Assembly (NCBI GenBank): GCA_964016885.1
Contig: OZ024740.1
Location: forward strand, 442,060,001-442,124,000
From: Eledone cirrhosa
Taxonomy: Eukaryota
DNA length: 64,000 nucleotides
Direction of reading: 5' to 3'
Positions 1 through 12,200 of this stretch are shown here, piece by piece. Within the stretch, counting starts at the first letter, position 1, and each line of letters begins with the position of its first letter. Under the pieces are notes generated by a model that saw only the letters and a list, made by a program, of their open reading frames with translations, did no database searches and had not been told where the DNA came from. Both the position numbers and the translations under genes were made by a program.

Positions 1-2
1 TG

Positions 3-2948
3 CTTGGTGACTTTAATGCTAGAGTGGGTAGGGATTTTAACACATGGAATGTAATCGGAAGGCATGGGGTGGGAAAGTGTAACAGCAATGGTATGCTCTT
101 GCTGCAGATGTGTGAGGAGCTGGATCTGTGTGTTACCAACACCATGTTCCAACAAAAGAACAAATTCAAGACCACATGGATGCATCCTGCATCTAAGGAA
201 TGGCATCTTTTGGACTACGTCCTAGTCAGGATGCGTGACAGACAGGATGTGCAGTGTGTTCGTGTTCTTCGTGGAGCTGAGTGCTGGACGGACCACCGCC
301 TGGTACGCGCAAAAGTGGATCTAATCACCAAACGTAAAATCCGGGCTTCTGGTGTTACCCTGCCCAAAAGATTGAATGCTGCTCGTCTTAAGGATAAAAA
401 TGTGAAGAGGACATTGGAAGAAGAGATGCAGGCTGCAGATCTTGGTGAGGATTGGCCGACCCTTAAAAAGTCGGTTTATGATGTAGGCAGACGTGTTCTG
501 GGATTGGTGCAGAGAAAACATCAGGACTGGTTTAATGAGAATGATGTACATATAGAAGACTTGTTGGCTGATAAGAGGCGTGCTCTGTCACGCTACTTGA
601 CGGCAAAACCACAGGAGAGGAATACGTTGCATGAGGAGCTCAGGGATGTAAAATCACGTGTTAGGCGGAGTCTTTCTCAGATGAAGGATCAGTGGTGGAG
701 TGAGAAGGCTGATGAGATACAAACTGCGTCTGATTGCAATAACACAAAGCTGTTGTACAGTCTCTTGCGTGGGGTTTATGGACCGTCTTCTTCTCTGGTG
801 ACACCGCTTCGCAGCAAGGATGGCAAAGAACTTCTTCGTGACTCACAGGGAATTCTACGAAGGTGGCGAGAGCACTTTGATGATCTTTTGAATCAGCCGT
901 CTGTCGTCAGTGAAGATTTCCTCAATCTCATTCCGGAAAGTCCTGTGAAAGTAGCTCTCGCAGAACCTCCGACGCTTGTGGAGGTTGCAGTGGCTATTTC
1001 GAAGCTGAACAGTGGAAGATCTCCAGGTATGGATGGCATACATGCTGAGCTCCTACAATATGGTGGTGAGAGACTCCTGCAACATCTTCACTCTCTGTTT
1101 GGAAGGATATGGGCTAATGAATCCGTGCCTGAGGACTGGAGAGATGCAGTAATGGTGGTCTTGTACAAGGGAAAGGGTAACAGGAATGATTGTGGGAACT
1201 ACAGAGGTATATCATTGCTTTCTGTCGTAGGGAAAGTTCTATGTAGGGTGCTTCTGGACCGTCTGCTGACACACATTGCAGATTGTGTCCTTCCTGAAAG
1301 TCAATCTGGTTTTCGTGCTGGACGCGGCACTACTGATATGATCTTCTCAGCTAGACAGCTCCAGGAGAAGTGCATTGAACAGGGCTTGGATCTGTATCAG
1401 GTTTTTGTCGATCTGACAAAGGCTTTCGATACTGTCAACAGGGATGCATTATGGAAGGTTCTCCAGAAACTTGGTTGCCCTGATAAGTTCCTTGCTTTAG
1501 TTAGGTCTTTCCATGACGACATGAAGGCTTGGGTTAATGTCGGAGGTAACATGTCGGAGCCTATCTCAGTAAAAAATGGAGTGAAACAGGGGGATATTCC
1601 AGCACCGACCCTGTTTGCCATATACTTTGCAATGGTTTTCTGTATTGCATTCAGGAATTGCGAGCATGGTGTTTACATCCGATATCGAACCTCAGGCAGC
1701 ATATTTAACATCAGGCGCTTTGCTGCGAAGACAAAAGTATTTACATCAGTCATAAGAGACTTCTTGTATGCAGATGATTGCGATCTTGTAGCGCACACAG
1801 AGAGTGATATGCAGCACATTTTGAATGTATTTTCTGACGCTTGCACTGCCCTGGGTTTGACTGTCAGTCTCAAGAAAACCGTCGTCATGTACCAACCTGC
1901 CCCTAGTAAGCAGCACACTGAACCAAACATCTATGTGTATGGCAAACGACTTGGAGTGGTTGATCAGTTTGTCTACCTGGGAAGCACTGTCAATCGATAC
2001 GGCAACCTTGACAGTGAAATCTCACTTAGGATTAGGAAAGCAAGTGATGCTTTCGGAAAGCTAGAAAGGCGACTCTGGAGTCGGCGAGACATATGCAGGA
2101 GGACAAAGGTAAAGGTGTACAGGGCATGTGTACTCTCTTGTCTTCTTTATGCCTGCGAGACCTGGGTCACATATTGACGCCACCTTAAGCAATTGGAGCG
2201 TTTCCATCAGATGTGTCTCAGACGGATCCATGGCGTTCACTGGAGGGACCACATCAGTGATGTCGAGATTTGGGAAAGCTCTATGTGTGACAGTATAGAA
2301 GCTCTTGTGCTTAAGCAACGACTCCGTTGGAGTGGTCACCTTGCCAGGATGAAGGATTCTAGAATACCAAAACAACTCTTCTATGGAGAGTTGGTTAAAG
2401 GAAAACGACCGCCACATAAACCAAAAAAGAGGTATAAGGATTCCTTGAAAGCCTCTCTGAAAGACGCTAACATCTCTGCTGATACATGGGAAAATATTGC
2501 TGCTGATCGTAATAAATGGAGAAAGACTGTATATGAGGGAAAAGTTGCCTTTGAGGCATCTCGAATCGCACACGAGAAAGTAAAGCGGGACGTGAGGAAG
2601 GGCATTGCTGTTGCACTTCCAGACGGCGAGGGTCCTCCTATGGTTCTGACATGCAGCGTCTGTGCGAGACTCTGCCTAAGCAAAGCTGGACTCGAAAGTC
2701 ATCTTCGCAGTCATAAAGTAAGACCAGTGGTTGACTACCAGGCTGCTGTTGGAGATGCTACTCATCATGCTTGCCAAACATGTGGTAGAGAATGTAAATC
2801 AGCAGGAGGGCTCAAGCGACAAGCAAAAGTACACGAACTCCAACCACAGCCGACTATTCCCAGTGAATGTTTTGGTTGCCGACTCTGTGCAAGACATTTT
2901 AGATCATTGGCTGGGCTAAAAAGCCATATTCGATCGCAGCACTGTTAG
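3..2948 (+). pseudogene. RTE ORF (endonuclease-reverse transcriptase) interrupted by one in-frame TGA at 2175-2177
   Basis: ORFs starting at 24 and 2193 are in the same frame. The junction reads TWVTY*RHLKQLERFH, consistent with CGA(Arg)->TGA. Confidence 0.9.
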
Positions 2949-2954
2949 TTGCTA

Positions 2955-2956
<2 letters not shown>

Positions 2957-3002
<46 letters not shown>

Positions 3003-3087
3003 GCTTATGTGCGTGCGTGTGTGTGTATATATATATGAATATGTATATTATTATTGTTGTTGTCGTTATTAATATTATTATTATTGC

Positions 3088-3138
<51 letters not shown>

Positions 3139-3195
3139 ATGTGTGTATATATGTGTGAGTGTATGTGTATGTATGTGTGTATGTATATATGTATG

Positions 3196-3254
<59 letters not shown>

Positions 3255-3333
3255 CTTTTTTTTTTCTTTTTTATTTATTATTATTTTTTTTTTTTTTTTA
3301 TTATTTTTTTTTTTTTATTTTTTTTTTTTTCTT
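2957..3333. repeat. Compound microsatellite (GT)n, (ATT)n, (TA)n, poly-T inside the RTE 3' UTR
   Basis: Seen directly between the RTE stop codon and the conserved 3' terminal motif. Confidence 0.9.
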
Positions 3334-3382
3334 GTGCAATGGCCATACTCGATAACGAGGGGGCAGCCATCATGTATGTATG

Positions 3383-3413
<31 letters not shown>

Positions 3414-3440
3414 CACTTCATATATTGCATGTATGTATGT

Positions 3441-6400
3441 ATATTCTTCTGGTTTTATGATTTCACAAATTTTTACCAATAGAGAGAGAGTCTGTTTCTA
3501 ACATAGACACGAGACTCTCTCATTGGAATTTACACAACATCAACTAGGTAGATATGTATGCATGCATGTGTAGATATGGATGTTATTGTATGTGTGCATG
3601 TGTATATGCTTTGTATCTGTACATGTGTATATGCAGTTATTAGATGCAACATTTTTGGAATGTTTTACATATTTTTACTGTTCCATTAATGGATTGTACT
3701 TGTAGTTTCCTAACTAGTTGTGTTCTTTCTGTTCTTGTGAAGCCTAGCTTCTCAAGATTTGTATTGAGGCAGTTACTAACATACCCCAGTGCCCCAATAA
3801 TCACAGGCATAAATCTGAAGGTGTAATCAAGGTGGAGTATCTGCAGATTTCTCATCAGTTCTGCATAAATATTCTCCTTTTCGCTAATCTTTGATATTAT
3901 ATTGGCATCTGCTGGGCAGCTAATTTCCACTACTGTGCATGCTTTCTTCTCCCTGTCCCTTGTCATAATATCTGGTCTGTTATGCCTGCATTTTATTGGG
4001 GTTTTTACTGGAACATTGCACCAGTACTCTTTCATATTATGTATATGTGTGTCTTCTACATTGCTGTAGGTTTTAATGTGTTTATTATCGGGGCTATCTT
4101 TTCTACGGATTGCATTGTACAGTGTTTTGGCCACTACATCATGCCTCATAGGTAGATAGTACCGCGATGACATCTTTGGACAGCTGCTGATGACATGGGT
4201 GATATCCTCGATCTTAGTTCTGCAGAGTCTGCACTTGTTATCACATCTAGGTGTTTTGCCTGAATCCCCATCTCTTTTGTGAATCAGGTATTTCGTGTTA
4301 ATCTCCTGTTCTTGGATTGCAAAATCGTATCCTTCAAAGTGGGAGTCAATATAGCGGTTGTTGGTCCAAGATAGATTATTTTCTTTATCTATATTAATCT
4401 CACTCTGGAGCTTCCTGGCAACATATCCATGCATGATTTTTTGCTAAGCATGCAGTTTTTCATCCATGGATTCACTGCGATACTGCTGAGCGACTTCCCT
4501 TGGTGTGAGTTTATGATTATCATACAGGGAATATCTCTCGAGGAGTTCCTTCCCAACTCTCATTATCTTATCTGTTTCATGCATATAGACTTGCTCGAGA
4601 AACGGGCTCCTACGCTTCGAGGTTCGTAGATGTTGTCGGAGAGATATGATGCGACATTCAAATGTTGTCTGGACTGATGTTAGGCCTCTGCCTCCCTGCT
4701 TACGTTTCAAGTAAAGGCGGTCTATGTCACTGTTGATGTGGAAATTTCCGGTGTTGTTTAGTATTTTTCTAGTTCCAACATCAACTGCTCGGATTTCGTC
4801 TATCGTCCAATTGAGTATTCCAAACGTTGGTGTTAGGACAGTCACAGCAAACACATAGTGAGCCACTGTTTTGTTTTGCGCAGAGAGTTCCGATGACCAG
4901 ATCTTTCTTAATCGGGTGTAGTATTCCCTGGTTACCCGTTCTTTATTACAGATACCATTATAGGATATGTTCTCATCTATCCCCAGGTATCTGTATCAGT
5001 CCTCATCACATATCGATAAAACAGTTAGACCATTGATGACAATGTTGCTAGGTTGGGTTGTTGTTTTTCCCCGCTTTACAGTCATGTATGAGCATTTATC
5101 TTGCCCAAACTCCATTCCTATATCCTTTGAGAACGTTGTAACCAGGTTAAGATTTTTCTTCATCCCATCCATGTTCTTGGCATAGAGTTTCAGATCGTCC
5201 ACAAAGAAATGATGGGGTAGGTTCGTATTTCTGTCCTCCTGTGAGCCAATGATGTACCCCTCACATTTCTTGAACAGAAAGGACAAGGGGTTTAATGACA
5301 AGATGAATAATATCACAGAGAGACTGTCCCCCTGAAATATACCCCTGCAATATTTTATTTTATCAGTGAAAATAGAGTCCTCCCTCTCTGTCTTTAACCT
5401 TAGGATAGTAGCCCAAGAAGAAGACAGCCTCTCTATGGCTCTGACAATAATGTCTGGGACTTTAGCAAGTTGGGGGGCCTCTATCATCCAAGAGTGAGGA
5501 ACAGAATCGAAAGCTTTCCTGTAGTCCAGCCAGACTGTAGTCATATTCCTCCTAAGTTGTCGCACCTCCGACATCGCAGTTTTGTTGATTAGGAGTTGTT
5601 CAGCACATCCCCAAACCCCTTTCTTTCCAGCTGCTTGTTCATCTGTGATGATATTATTTTCACAGTGATCTTGGAGGAATAGGTTCAGGCAGGCTGTATA
5701 CATGTTATACATCAGGTTCTGGCATGCAATGGGTCGGTAGATTTTTGCCAAGTGGGTGTCTTTGTTCTTGGGGACCAGTAATGTTTGTGCTAATGTCAAC
5801 CATTCTGGTATAAGTGTATCTCCCTTAAGAACTTGTTGGTAGAGGTCAGTAAGATAGAATATCAGTATTTTGTACCAGTAGCCGACAATCATGTCTCTTC
5901 CTGGTGTTTTCTTATTTTGGAGTTTTCCTATCACAGTCTTAAGGGTACCCTCACTTATTTCGTATGTTTTTTTTGTAGTGTAGGAGCAAAAGTTCTTTCG
6001 GATTTCTCTTAGCCACACTGCGTCTTGGTTGAAATTCTTCTTTTCTTCCCATATTTTGCTCCAAAAGGAATCTGTCTTTCTGGGATGGGGCCTCAGTGAC
6101 ACTTATTATTTTGTTCTTCATATCTCTATAGACTGATGTTTGGTTTCGTCTGAATATTTTATTAAGCACTTTTCTCTCATCTACGTTCTTCAGGTATTGG
6201 CGTTTTTCGCTAACAGCTCTCAATTCTTGTTTGAGGGTGATCAGCTTATATTGGAGAGTTCTGCTTCCACTGTTACCAAACAGGCATCGTCTCTATTTTA
6301 TTTTCCACTCTTTGTTGGTTAGGAGTGAGGTTTTTTTGTGTTTGTTTGCATGTAAGGATCATACGTCCCTTTACGATCTGAGTTCAAATCCCGCCGAGGT

Positions 6401-7257
6401 TAACTTTGCCTTTCATCCTTACGGGGTCGATAAAATAAAGTACCAGTAATGAACAGTTGTAAATGCTGGCCTTGTGCCTAAAGTAGAAACAATTATCACA
6501 TATCCTATGGTTTTTCGTAGGTCAGCAATCTTTTTTTCTATTTTAGTTATATATGATGGTATTTTTGGTGGTGTTTTGTTCTTGTTAATATCTTTGCTAT
6601 CACCAAGATAATACTTCACTGTCATTGCTAAGGCATATAAACAGGCGTTGATTTGCCAAAATGTTGGGGGTTTTATCCGTCGTAAATATTAATCCCCTAT
6701 TTCGTCAATAACACGTAGTATTTCATTATTTGTTTTTTTATTCACCATTGTCATTTTAACACGTTCAGCAAGAGAGATATTTATACATGAGTTAATTTCT
6801 CTCTGGAAGATTTCGTTGAGGGAAATTTTCAGTTGTTTATACTTTTGATTATCATTATCATTATCGATAGTATTTTCCACAACAGTCGAGGTAGACTCGG
6901 ATGGTACACGTGGTGTCAAATTTCGATTATTATTATTTCTTCGATTATTATTATTATCGATAGTGTTTTCCCCAGCATTCGAGGTAGACTTAGATGGTAC
7001 AGGTGGTGTCAAGTTTTTTACAGGCATAGTTGTTTCAAGGCGCTGTTCGACTTGTCTGCTAGGAAGTCTAGTAGCATGGCGATCTGTAGCACGTGTTGTT
7101 GATTCCATGTTTGTTGTGGGGGACTTACAATTAATAATATTTATCTTATTTTTACGTTCAACAAACGTCGCTTGTTGGCGTAATTGTTTCTCTGTGAAAT
7201 AATTTAGCCCTGAGTGCATTTCGTCCCAGTGTAACTTCATTCTGTTCATATAGCCAA
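3441..7257 (-). mobile_element. R4/Dong-like RLE non-LTR retrotransposon, 5'-truncated and degenerate (frameshifts, SINE insertion)
   Basis: Minus-strand ORF fragments in order: GYMNRMKLHW..TEKQLRQQA (N-terminus), RT (YRPIAC, WLDYRKAFDSVPH, GIFQGDSLS, FVDDLK), then CCHC knuckle CRLC..EDITHVISSC, RHD and the RLE motif NRPD..VVEISCP. Confidence 0.9.
6362..6495 (+). mobile_element. 5'-truncated tRNA-derived SINE inserted in the R4-like element
   Basis: B-box-like GAGTTCAAATCC plus the core GCCTTTCATCCTTACGGGGTCGATAAAATAAAGTACCAG, shared with more than 10 other copies in the window. Confidence 0.85.
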
Positions 7258-7384
7258 TGTATGTATGTATGTATGTATGATAATTACCTCATTCCGACTT
7301 GAAAACCTTGTCCTTGTAAATCGAGAGCAAAATTGCATCTACCCAGTCTTGTGGGACAGGCTCACCATGCCATGCAGGGCTCTA

Positions 7385-7462
7385 AGTCGGAATAATTATC
7401 GAGGTATAAGTCTGCTCGAATTGATAGGAAAAGTCTTATCCAAGGTCTTACTGAATCGTCTA
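7385..7462 (+). mobile_element. Small RTE RT fragment
   Basis: Translates [24 protein letters not shown], homologous to the RTE at about 1195-1265. Confidence 0.7.
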
Positions 7463-7501
7463 AAAAAAGGGGGGGGAATCTTTTTTAACCATCTGGCATT
7501 A

Positions 7502-7538
<37 letters not shown>

Positions 7539-7666
7539 AAGTTATATTTAAAATTGTTGGGTTACAACTAGTAAATATTTATAACTGATATAAAAGCACT
7601 CGACAAATACTTGGAGTATATTTACAATATTACATAAATGGAAAACTATATTTATAAAACCATATT

Positions 7667-7732
7667 TATTTCATTATATATATTTCGGGGATATCATATT
7701 AACAATATGCTATGCCTTCATCAGACAAAATA
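7667..7732 (-). ncRNA. Type I hammerhead ribozyme (mirror copy of 7992-8057)
   Basis: Exact reverse complement of the + strand copy. Confidence 0.85.
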
Positions 7733-7991
7733 CAATATAAACAGTTTTATAGATAAATATATTCGACATACCGTAATAAACATCAACTTCATTTGAAGAG
7801 GTTCATGCATTTCTTCTTTTTCTTCTTTTTCTTCCTTTTCTTCGTTTCGTCTTTCTTTCTTTCTTATTTCCCTCTTTTCTCTCTCTCTTTCTTTCTCTCT
7901 GTATTTTCACTGCTAGAGTGAACCTCTTCAAATGAAGTTGATGTTTATTACGGTATGTCGAATATATTTATCTATAAAACTGTTTATATTG

Positions 7992-8057
7992 TATTTTGTC
8001 TGATGAAGGCATAGCATATTGTTAATATGATATCCCCGAAATATATATAATGAAATA
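7992..8057 (+). ncRNA. Type I hammerhead ribozyme (minimal stem III)
   Basis: Stem I TATTTTGT/ATGAAATA; core CTGATGA 8000-8006; stem II GGCATAGCATATT-GTT-AATATGATATCC; GAAA 8038-8041; palindromic TATATA; AUA cleavage triplet ending at 8049. Confidence 0.85.
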
Positions 8058-8095
8058 AATATGGTTTTATAAATATAGTTTTCCATTTATGTAAT

Positions 8096-8178
<83 letters not shown>

Positions 8179-8244
8179 GTGTATATGTATATATCTATAT
8201 ATATATATATATATATATAAAGAATTAATATCTAGTAACATATA

Positions 8245-8826
8245 TATACATACAGATGCATATCAATGCTAGCAAATATATAGGTTTTGTCTTAGTAACT
8301 TTGTGATTCAATGCATGGGGTTGCAGAACAATAATATGAGAGACGTAAAATAAGAAAATTATAAAATTAACTTACTTACTAAAATATCACTTCCAACTAA
8401 TTAGTTTCTGGAATGGAATAAATATATTTTCCGAAGAAGATACAGAGAATCATTCCATCGTCAGGCCATGACTGCTGCTATGGTAGCAGGCAGGCCACTG
8501 TCTTATTAGCAAACCACTTTCCACCGATTGACCTCGATGTCACGTGATTGATTCTTTTTGAATTTGCCACCGACGCAGAGGCAGTGATTTTCTCAATGGC
8601 TAGGAATTCAGTCCACGCTTTGCTATTTTCTATCCACTGAATTATTTTTTAATAAGTTTCCAGTGTCCACGCTTTGCCTGGATACTTAGATGAGAATAGA
8701 CTTCCCTGACGACGGAATGATTCTCTGTATCTTCTTCGGAAAATATATTTATTCCATTCCAGAAACTAATTAGTTGGAAGTGATATTTTATTAAGTAAGT
8801 TAATTTTATAATTTTCTTATTTTACG

Positions 8827-8836
<10 letters not shown>
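8245..8836. mobile_element. Fold-back pLTR-like element (family B); 132-bp inverted arms 8334-8465 / 8705-8836
   Basis: Near-perfect inverted arms (about 2 mismatches), (TA)n on both sides, hammerhead core in the arms. Confidence 0.85.
8700..8781 (+). ncRNA. Type I hammerhead ribozyme
   Basis: Stem I ACTTCC/GGAAGT; CTGACGA 8706-8712; stem II GGAATG...CATTCC; GAAA 8762-8765; palindromic CTAATTAG; GUU triplet. The minus-strand copy (8389-8464) has a perfect TGGAATG/CATTCCA stem II but lacks the 5' strand of stem I. Confidence 0.8.
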
Positions 8837-8862
<26 letters not shown>

Positions 8863-8972
8863 GTGTATATATATGTATATGTGGGTGTTTGTATGTGTAT
8901 TTATGGTGGTATGAATGTGTAGGTATCTTTGCATATATATGTATATATATATATATATGTATATGTATGAGT

Positions 8973-9024
<52 letters not shown>

Positions 9025-9414
9025 ATATATATATGTATGTGTGTATGTGTGTATATATATATCTCTATTAATGCGTGTGTGTATATATATACATATGCCT
9101 TTTTATTAATATTTTATTTGTATGTCTGAGTTAGGTAAGGTTGTAGTGTTTTTTTTGTATATACGCATAAATGGATGCGTATGTATTTGTATATATGAGT
9201 ATAAGTAAGTGCATATGTATGTATGATTATATTTCTAATTCTATGTATGAATATACATGTATATATATGTGTGTATGTAAGTTGTGTGTGTATGTATGTA
9301 TATGTCTATGTGTGTATGTGTATATATATATATGTATATCGATGTACGTATATGTATGTACATGTATGTCTATGTATGTATGTATGTGTATGTATATTTA
9401 GGTGTATGTGTATG

Positions 9415-9461
<47 letters not shown>

Positions 9462-9740
9462 ATATATATATATGTATATATCTTTATTATTTATTTTTTA
9501 TATATATCTGTATGTGTGTATGTGTTGCGTGTGTGTGTGTGTGTGTATATATATCTTTATATATGTGTATGTGTATGTTCGTGTAGATGTATATGTGTGT
9601 ATGACTTTATATGTATGTGTATATGTATGTATGCGTATATATTTCTGTGTGTGTGTACATGTATGTATGTGTATATATCTGTATGTATATGTATGTGTAT
9701 TTGACTTTATATGTTATATATATGTATGTATGTATATGTA

Positions 9741-9792
<52 letters not shown>

Positions 9793-10109
9793 TTTCTATT
9801 TGTATATGTATGTGTGTATAGGTATATACCTTTCTCTTTGTATTTCTATGTTGTGTGATAGTGTAGTGGTGTTAGTATGGATATACCGATATATAGATGC
9901 GTAAGTATTTGTCTGTATGTATATATGTAAATCTGTATATATTTGTGTGTATATATAACTATGTATGTGTATATCTGTATGTATATTAGTATGTAAGTGT
10001 TGTATATTTGCATGTATGTGTGTGGTTATATATATCTGTGTATGTATAGTATGTGTGATTATATGTATATGTGTGTGTATATGTACGTGTATATACATGT
10101 GTATGTATA

Positions 10110-10140
<31 letters not shown>

Positions 10141-10360
10141 GTGTGTATATATATATATGTATGTGTATTTGTATGTATATGTGTATATGTATGTATGTGT
10201 GTATATGTATATGTTTATATATGTGTGTGTATGTATGTTCTTAGTGTGGATGTGTGTATATGTATGTATGTATTTATATATGTGTGTATATTTATGTATG
10301 GATGTGTGAGCGTCTATGTGTGTATATATATGTATGTTTTTTTTTATATATATATATATA

Positions 10361-10407
<47 letters not shown>

Positions 10408-10560
10408 ATGTATGTGTATTTGTGTATATTTATTTTCTTGATATATTTCTTTTTTCTTTTTTCTTTTTTCTTTTTTCTGTTTTTCTTTCTATTCTTTCCT
10501 CCTTAATGTTTTATTTATTATGTTTTATTTGTTTTATTTTTCTTAGTTTATAGATACATT
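8837..10560. repeat. Degenerate (TA)n/(TG)n/(TATG)n low-complexity tract
   Basis: Seen directly; source of the many spurious Y/I/C/V/M ORFs. Confidence 0.9.
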
Positions 10561-11074
10561 TATATTAGGCAGTCTGTTCAGACCGTTGAATACTGACCCC
10601 TCCCCGCCCCCCCCCTCCCACCTAATTTCTGTATCTTGATCTGAAAATGTGTATGCCAGTGTTTTATGTGAGTGAATTAATGTCCATGTGCTTATGATTT
10701 TATATCCACATATATAAATGTGAGTGGGGGTGTGTGTGTGTTTGTATGTTCGTGGTTATGTGTATATTTATGCATATACGCGCGTGTATGTGTGATTGTA
10801 CGGATATGTGTGAGTATGAAAAAATATATTTATATATTTAACTTCATAAGTGTCAATAACTCACAGAGACATTAACCTTGAAATTTTTGTATTTGCATCC
10901 ATCCTTTTAGTATGCGTATACAATTTATACATACATTTTTGTAAAATATGTGTAAGGGTTTTACATGTATATACACACACCGAACTGCATTTAACCCTTT
11001 GTGTTTTCATTGGTCAATTTTTGTTCCCAAACGGACCTGAAATTTTGAATTGTTGTTATTATCAATAAATATAC

Positions 11075-11229
11075 TTCATTATTTCTGAAGACGGCGTATA
11101 TATGTGTTTGGTATGTATATTTAATCTTGATAATTTGTATAATTTTGTATAATTTTGTACATAGATCTGTTGAATATGCATACCAATTCTAACACATATA
11201 TATCCTAGAAACGATCGTTAAATAATGAA
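11075..11229 (+). ncRNA. Type I hammerhead ribozyme with long stem II (family C pLTR, about 11040-11418)
   Basis: Perfect 10-bp stem I TTCATTATTT/AAATAATGAA; CTGAAGA 11085-11091; long stem II (TATATATGTGTT...TTGGTATG / CATACCAA...AACACATATATA); GAAA 11208-11211; palindromic CGATCG; GUU triplet. Element ends in (TA)n at about 11418. Confidence 0.85.
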
Positions 11230-11439
11230 CTTTTTTTGTTTAATATAAGGAATTGTTTATTCATTATTTGTTTAATATTTTATCTTGACTCTGTATACCG
11301 TTTATCTTTCACCGAAAGTGGTTTTTCATTACATCTCTTCTTTCCATGATATCCGGAATACATTGAGTTCTTCATACGGATTGGACACTACCGTAAACTC
11401 TTGGTAGATTTATCTACATATATATATATATATATATAT

Positions 11440-11827
11440 TTCGTTTCTGAATTTGTTTAGCAAGATTCTTTATCTGAAAACGTGCGTTGAAACCGATATT
11501 GTTATACTTTGGGAGGGTCATGTTGCCAATAAGAAACACACGCACCACTTGCTTTCACTTCAATTTATTATAATAAATTTATAAATTTAGGAATTTATAA
11601 ATTTCCGGTTGGTTGGTTGGTTCCACAACCAGATGGTTGTTTATATATTGTCAAAGTTCTTTGGTCACACATTCTGTGACCTCTTCAGTGACTGGGATTC
11701 TTTTCTTTGTTTTTGTGCCTCTCCTTTGTTCTGTCCTACGCCATCTTGTTTATAATAAATTGAAGTGAAAGCAACTGGTGCGTGTGTTTCTTATTGGCAA
11801 CATGACCCTCCCAAAGTATAACAATAT
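11440..11827. mobile_element. Fold-back element (family D); 78-bp inverted arms 11496-11573 / 11750-11827; degenerate hammerhead on the minus strand at 11650-11692
   Basis: Arms differ by 1 base. Minus strand reads GTCA-CTGAAGA-GGTCACA-gaatg-TGTGACC-aaagaactt-TGAC (GAAA damaged). The arm recurs at 26395-26458. Confidence 0.75.
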
Positions 11828-11872
11828 ATATATATATATTTTATAAATATAGTTTCCATTTGTTTAATATCG

Positions 11873-11902
<30 letters not shown>

Positions 11903-11906
<4 letters not shown>

Positions 11907-12030
11907 CGAAGGAAATGTGGTAAGGAACCAGGTGGACCATAACGCACCAAAGTACTCAATATTTAGGGTAGTAGAGAATTAGCCGTCGAGACGGCTTGAG
12001 CTCAGCCGTCGGGGTCTTACTTGTTCCTAT
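11903..12030. mobile_element. Short internally inverted copy of family E pLTR-like element
   Basis: 11903-11977 matches 23433-23506 directly; 11978-12029 matches the opposite strand of the same family; (TA)n on both sides. Confidence 0.75.
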
Positions 12031-12049
12031 ATATATATATATTTAGTTA

Positions 12050-12200
12050 GTGAAGGCGCATCGCTTAGTGGTTAGAGCATTGGGCTTGCAATCGAAAAGT
12101 GAGTTCAATTCTCGGACCGGGTGATGTGTTGTTTCCTTGAGAAAGTCACTTTATTTCACGTTGCTCCAGTTTACTCAGCTGTAGAAATGAGATGATAGGG
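12050..12200 (+). mobile_element. tRNA-derived SINE (CORE/Nin-like body)
   Basis: A-box-like GCTTAGTGGTTAG, B-box GAGTTCAATTC, body TGTTGTTTCCTTGAGAAAGTCACTTTATTTCACGTTGCTCCAGT. Confidence 0.7.

Larger units (their letters stand above)
1..3410 (+). mobile_element. RTE-clade non-LTR retrotransposon (LINE), 5' end outside window; APE C-terminus, RT, C-terminal C2H2-like zinc fingers, (TGTA)n tail
   Basis: ORF 24-2177 has APE-end motifs (GDFNARVG at 6-29, TWMHP..WHLLDY, TDHRLV) and RT motifs ([26 protein letters not shown]). ORF 2193-2948 continues in the same frame (RLRWSGHLARM, CxxC..H fingers). The 3' end GGCCATACTCGATAACGAGGGGCAGCCATCA is followed by (TGTA)n at 3372-3410. Confidence 0.95.
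7530..8101. mobile_element. Fold-back Penelope pLTR-like element (family A); perfect 183-bp inverted arms 7623-7805 / 7919-8101; flanked by (TA)n
   Basis: Arms compared base by base and identical. Each arm carries a hammerhead motif. Related sequence at 11835-11875, 26985-27240 and 39706-40215. Confidence 0.85.

Noticed and set aside
12050-12125. tRNA gene
   Set aside because: A/B boxes are present but there is no complete cloverleaf, and it continues into a SINE body.
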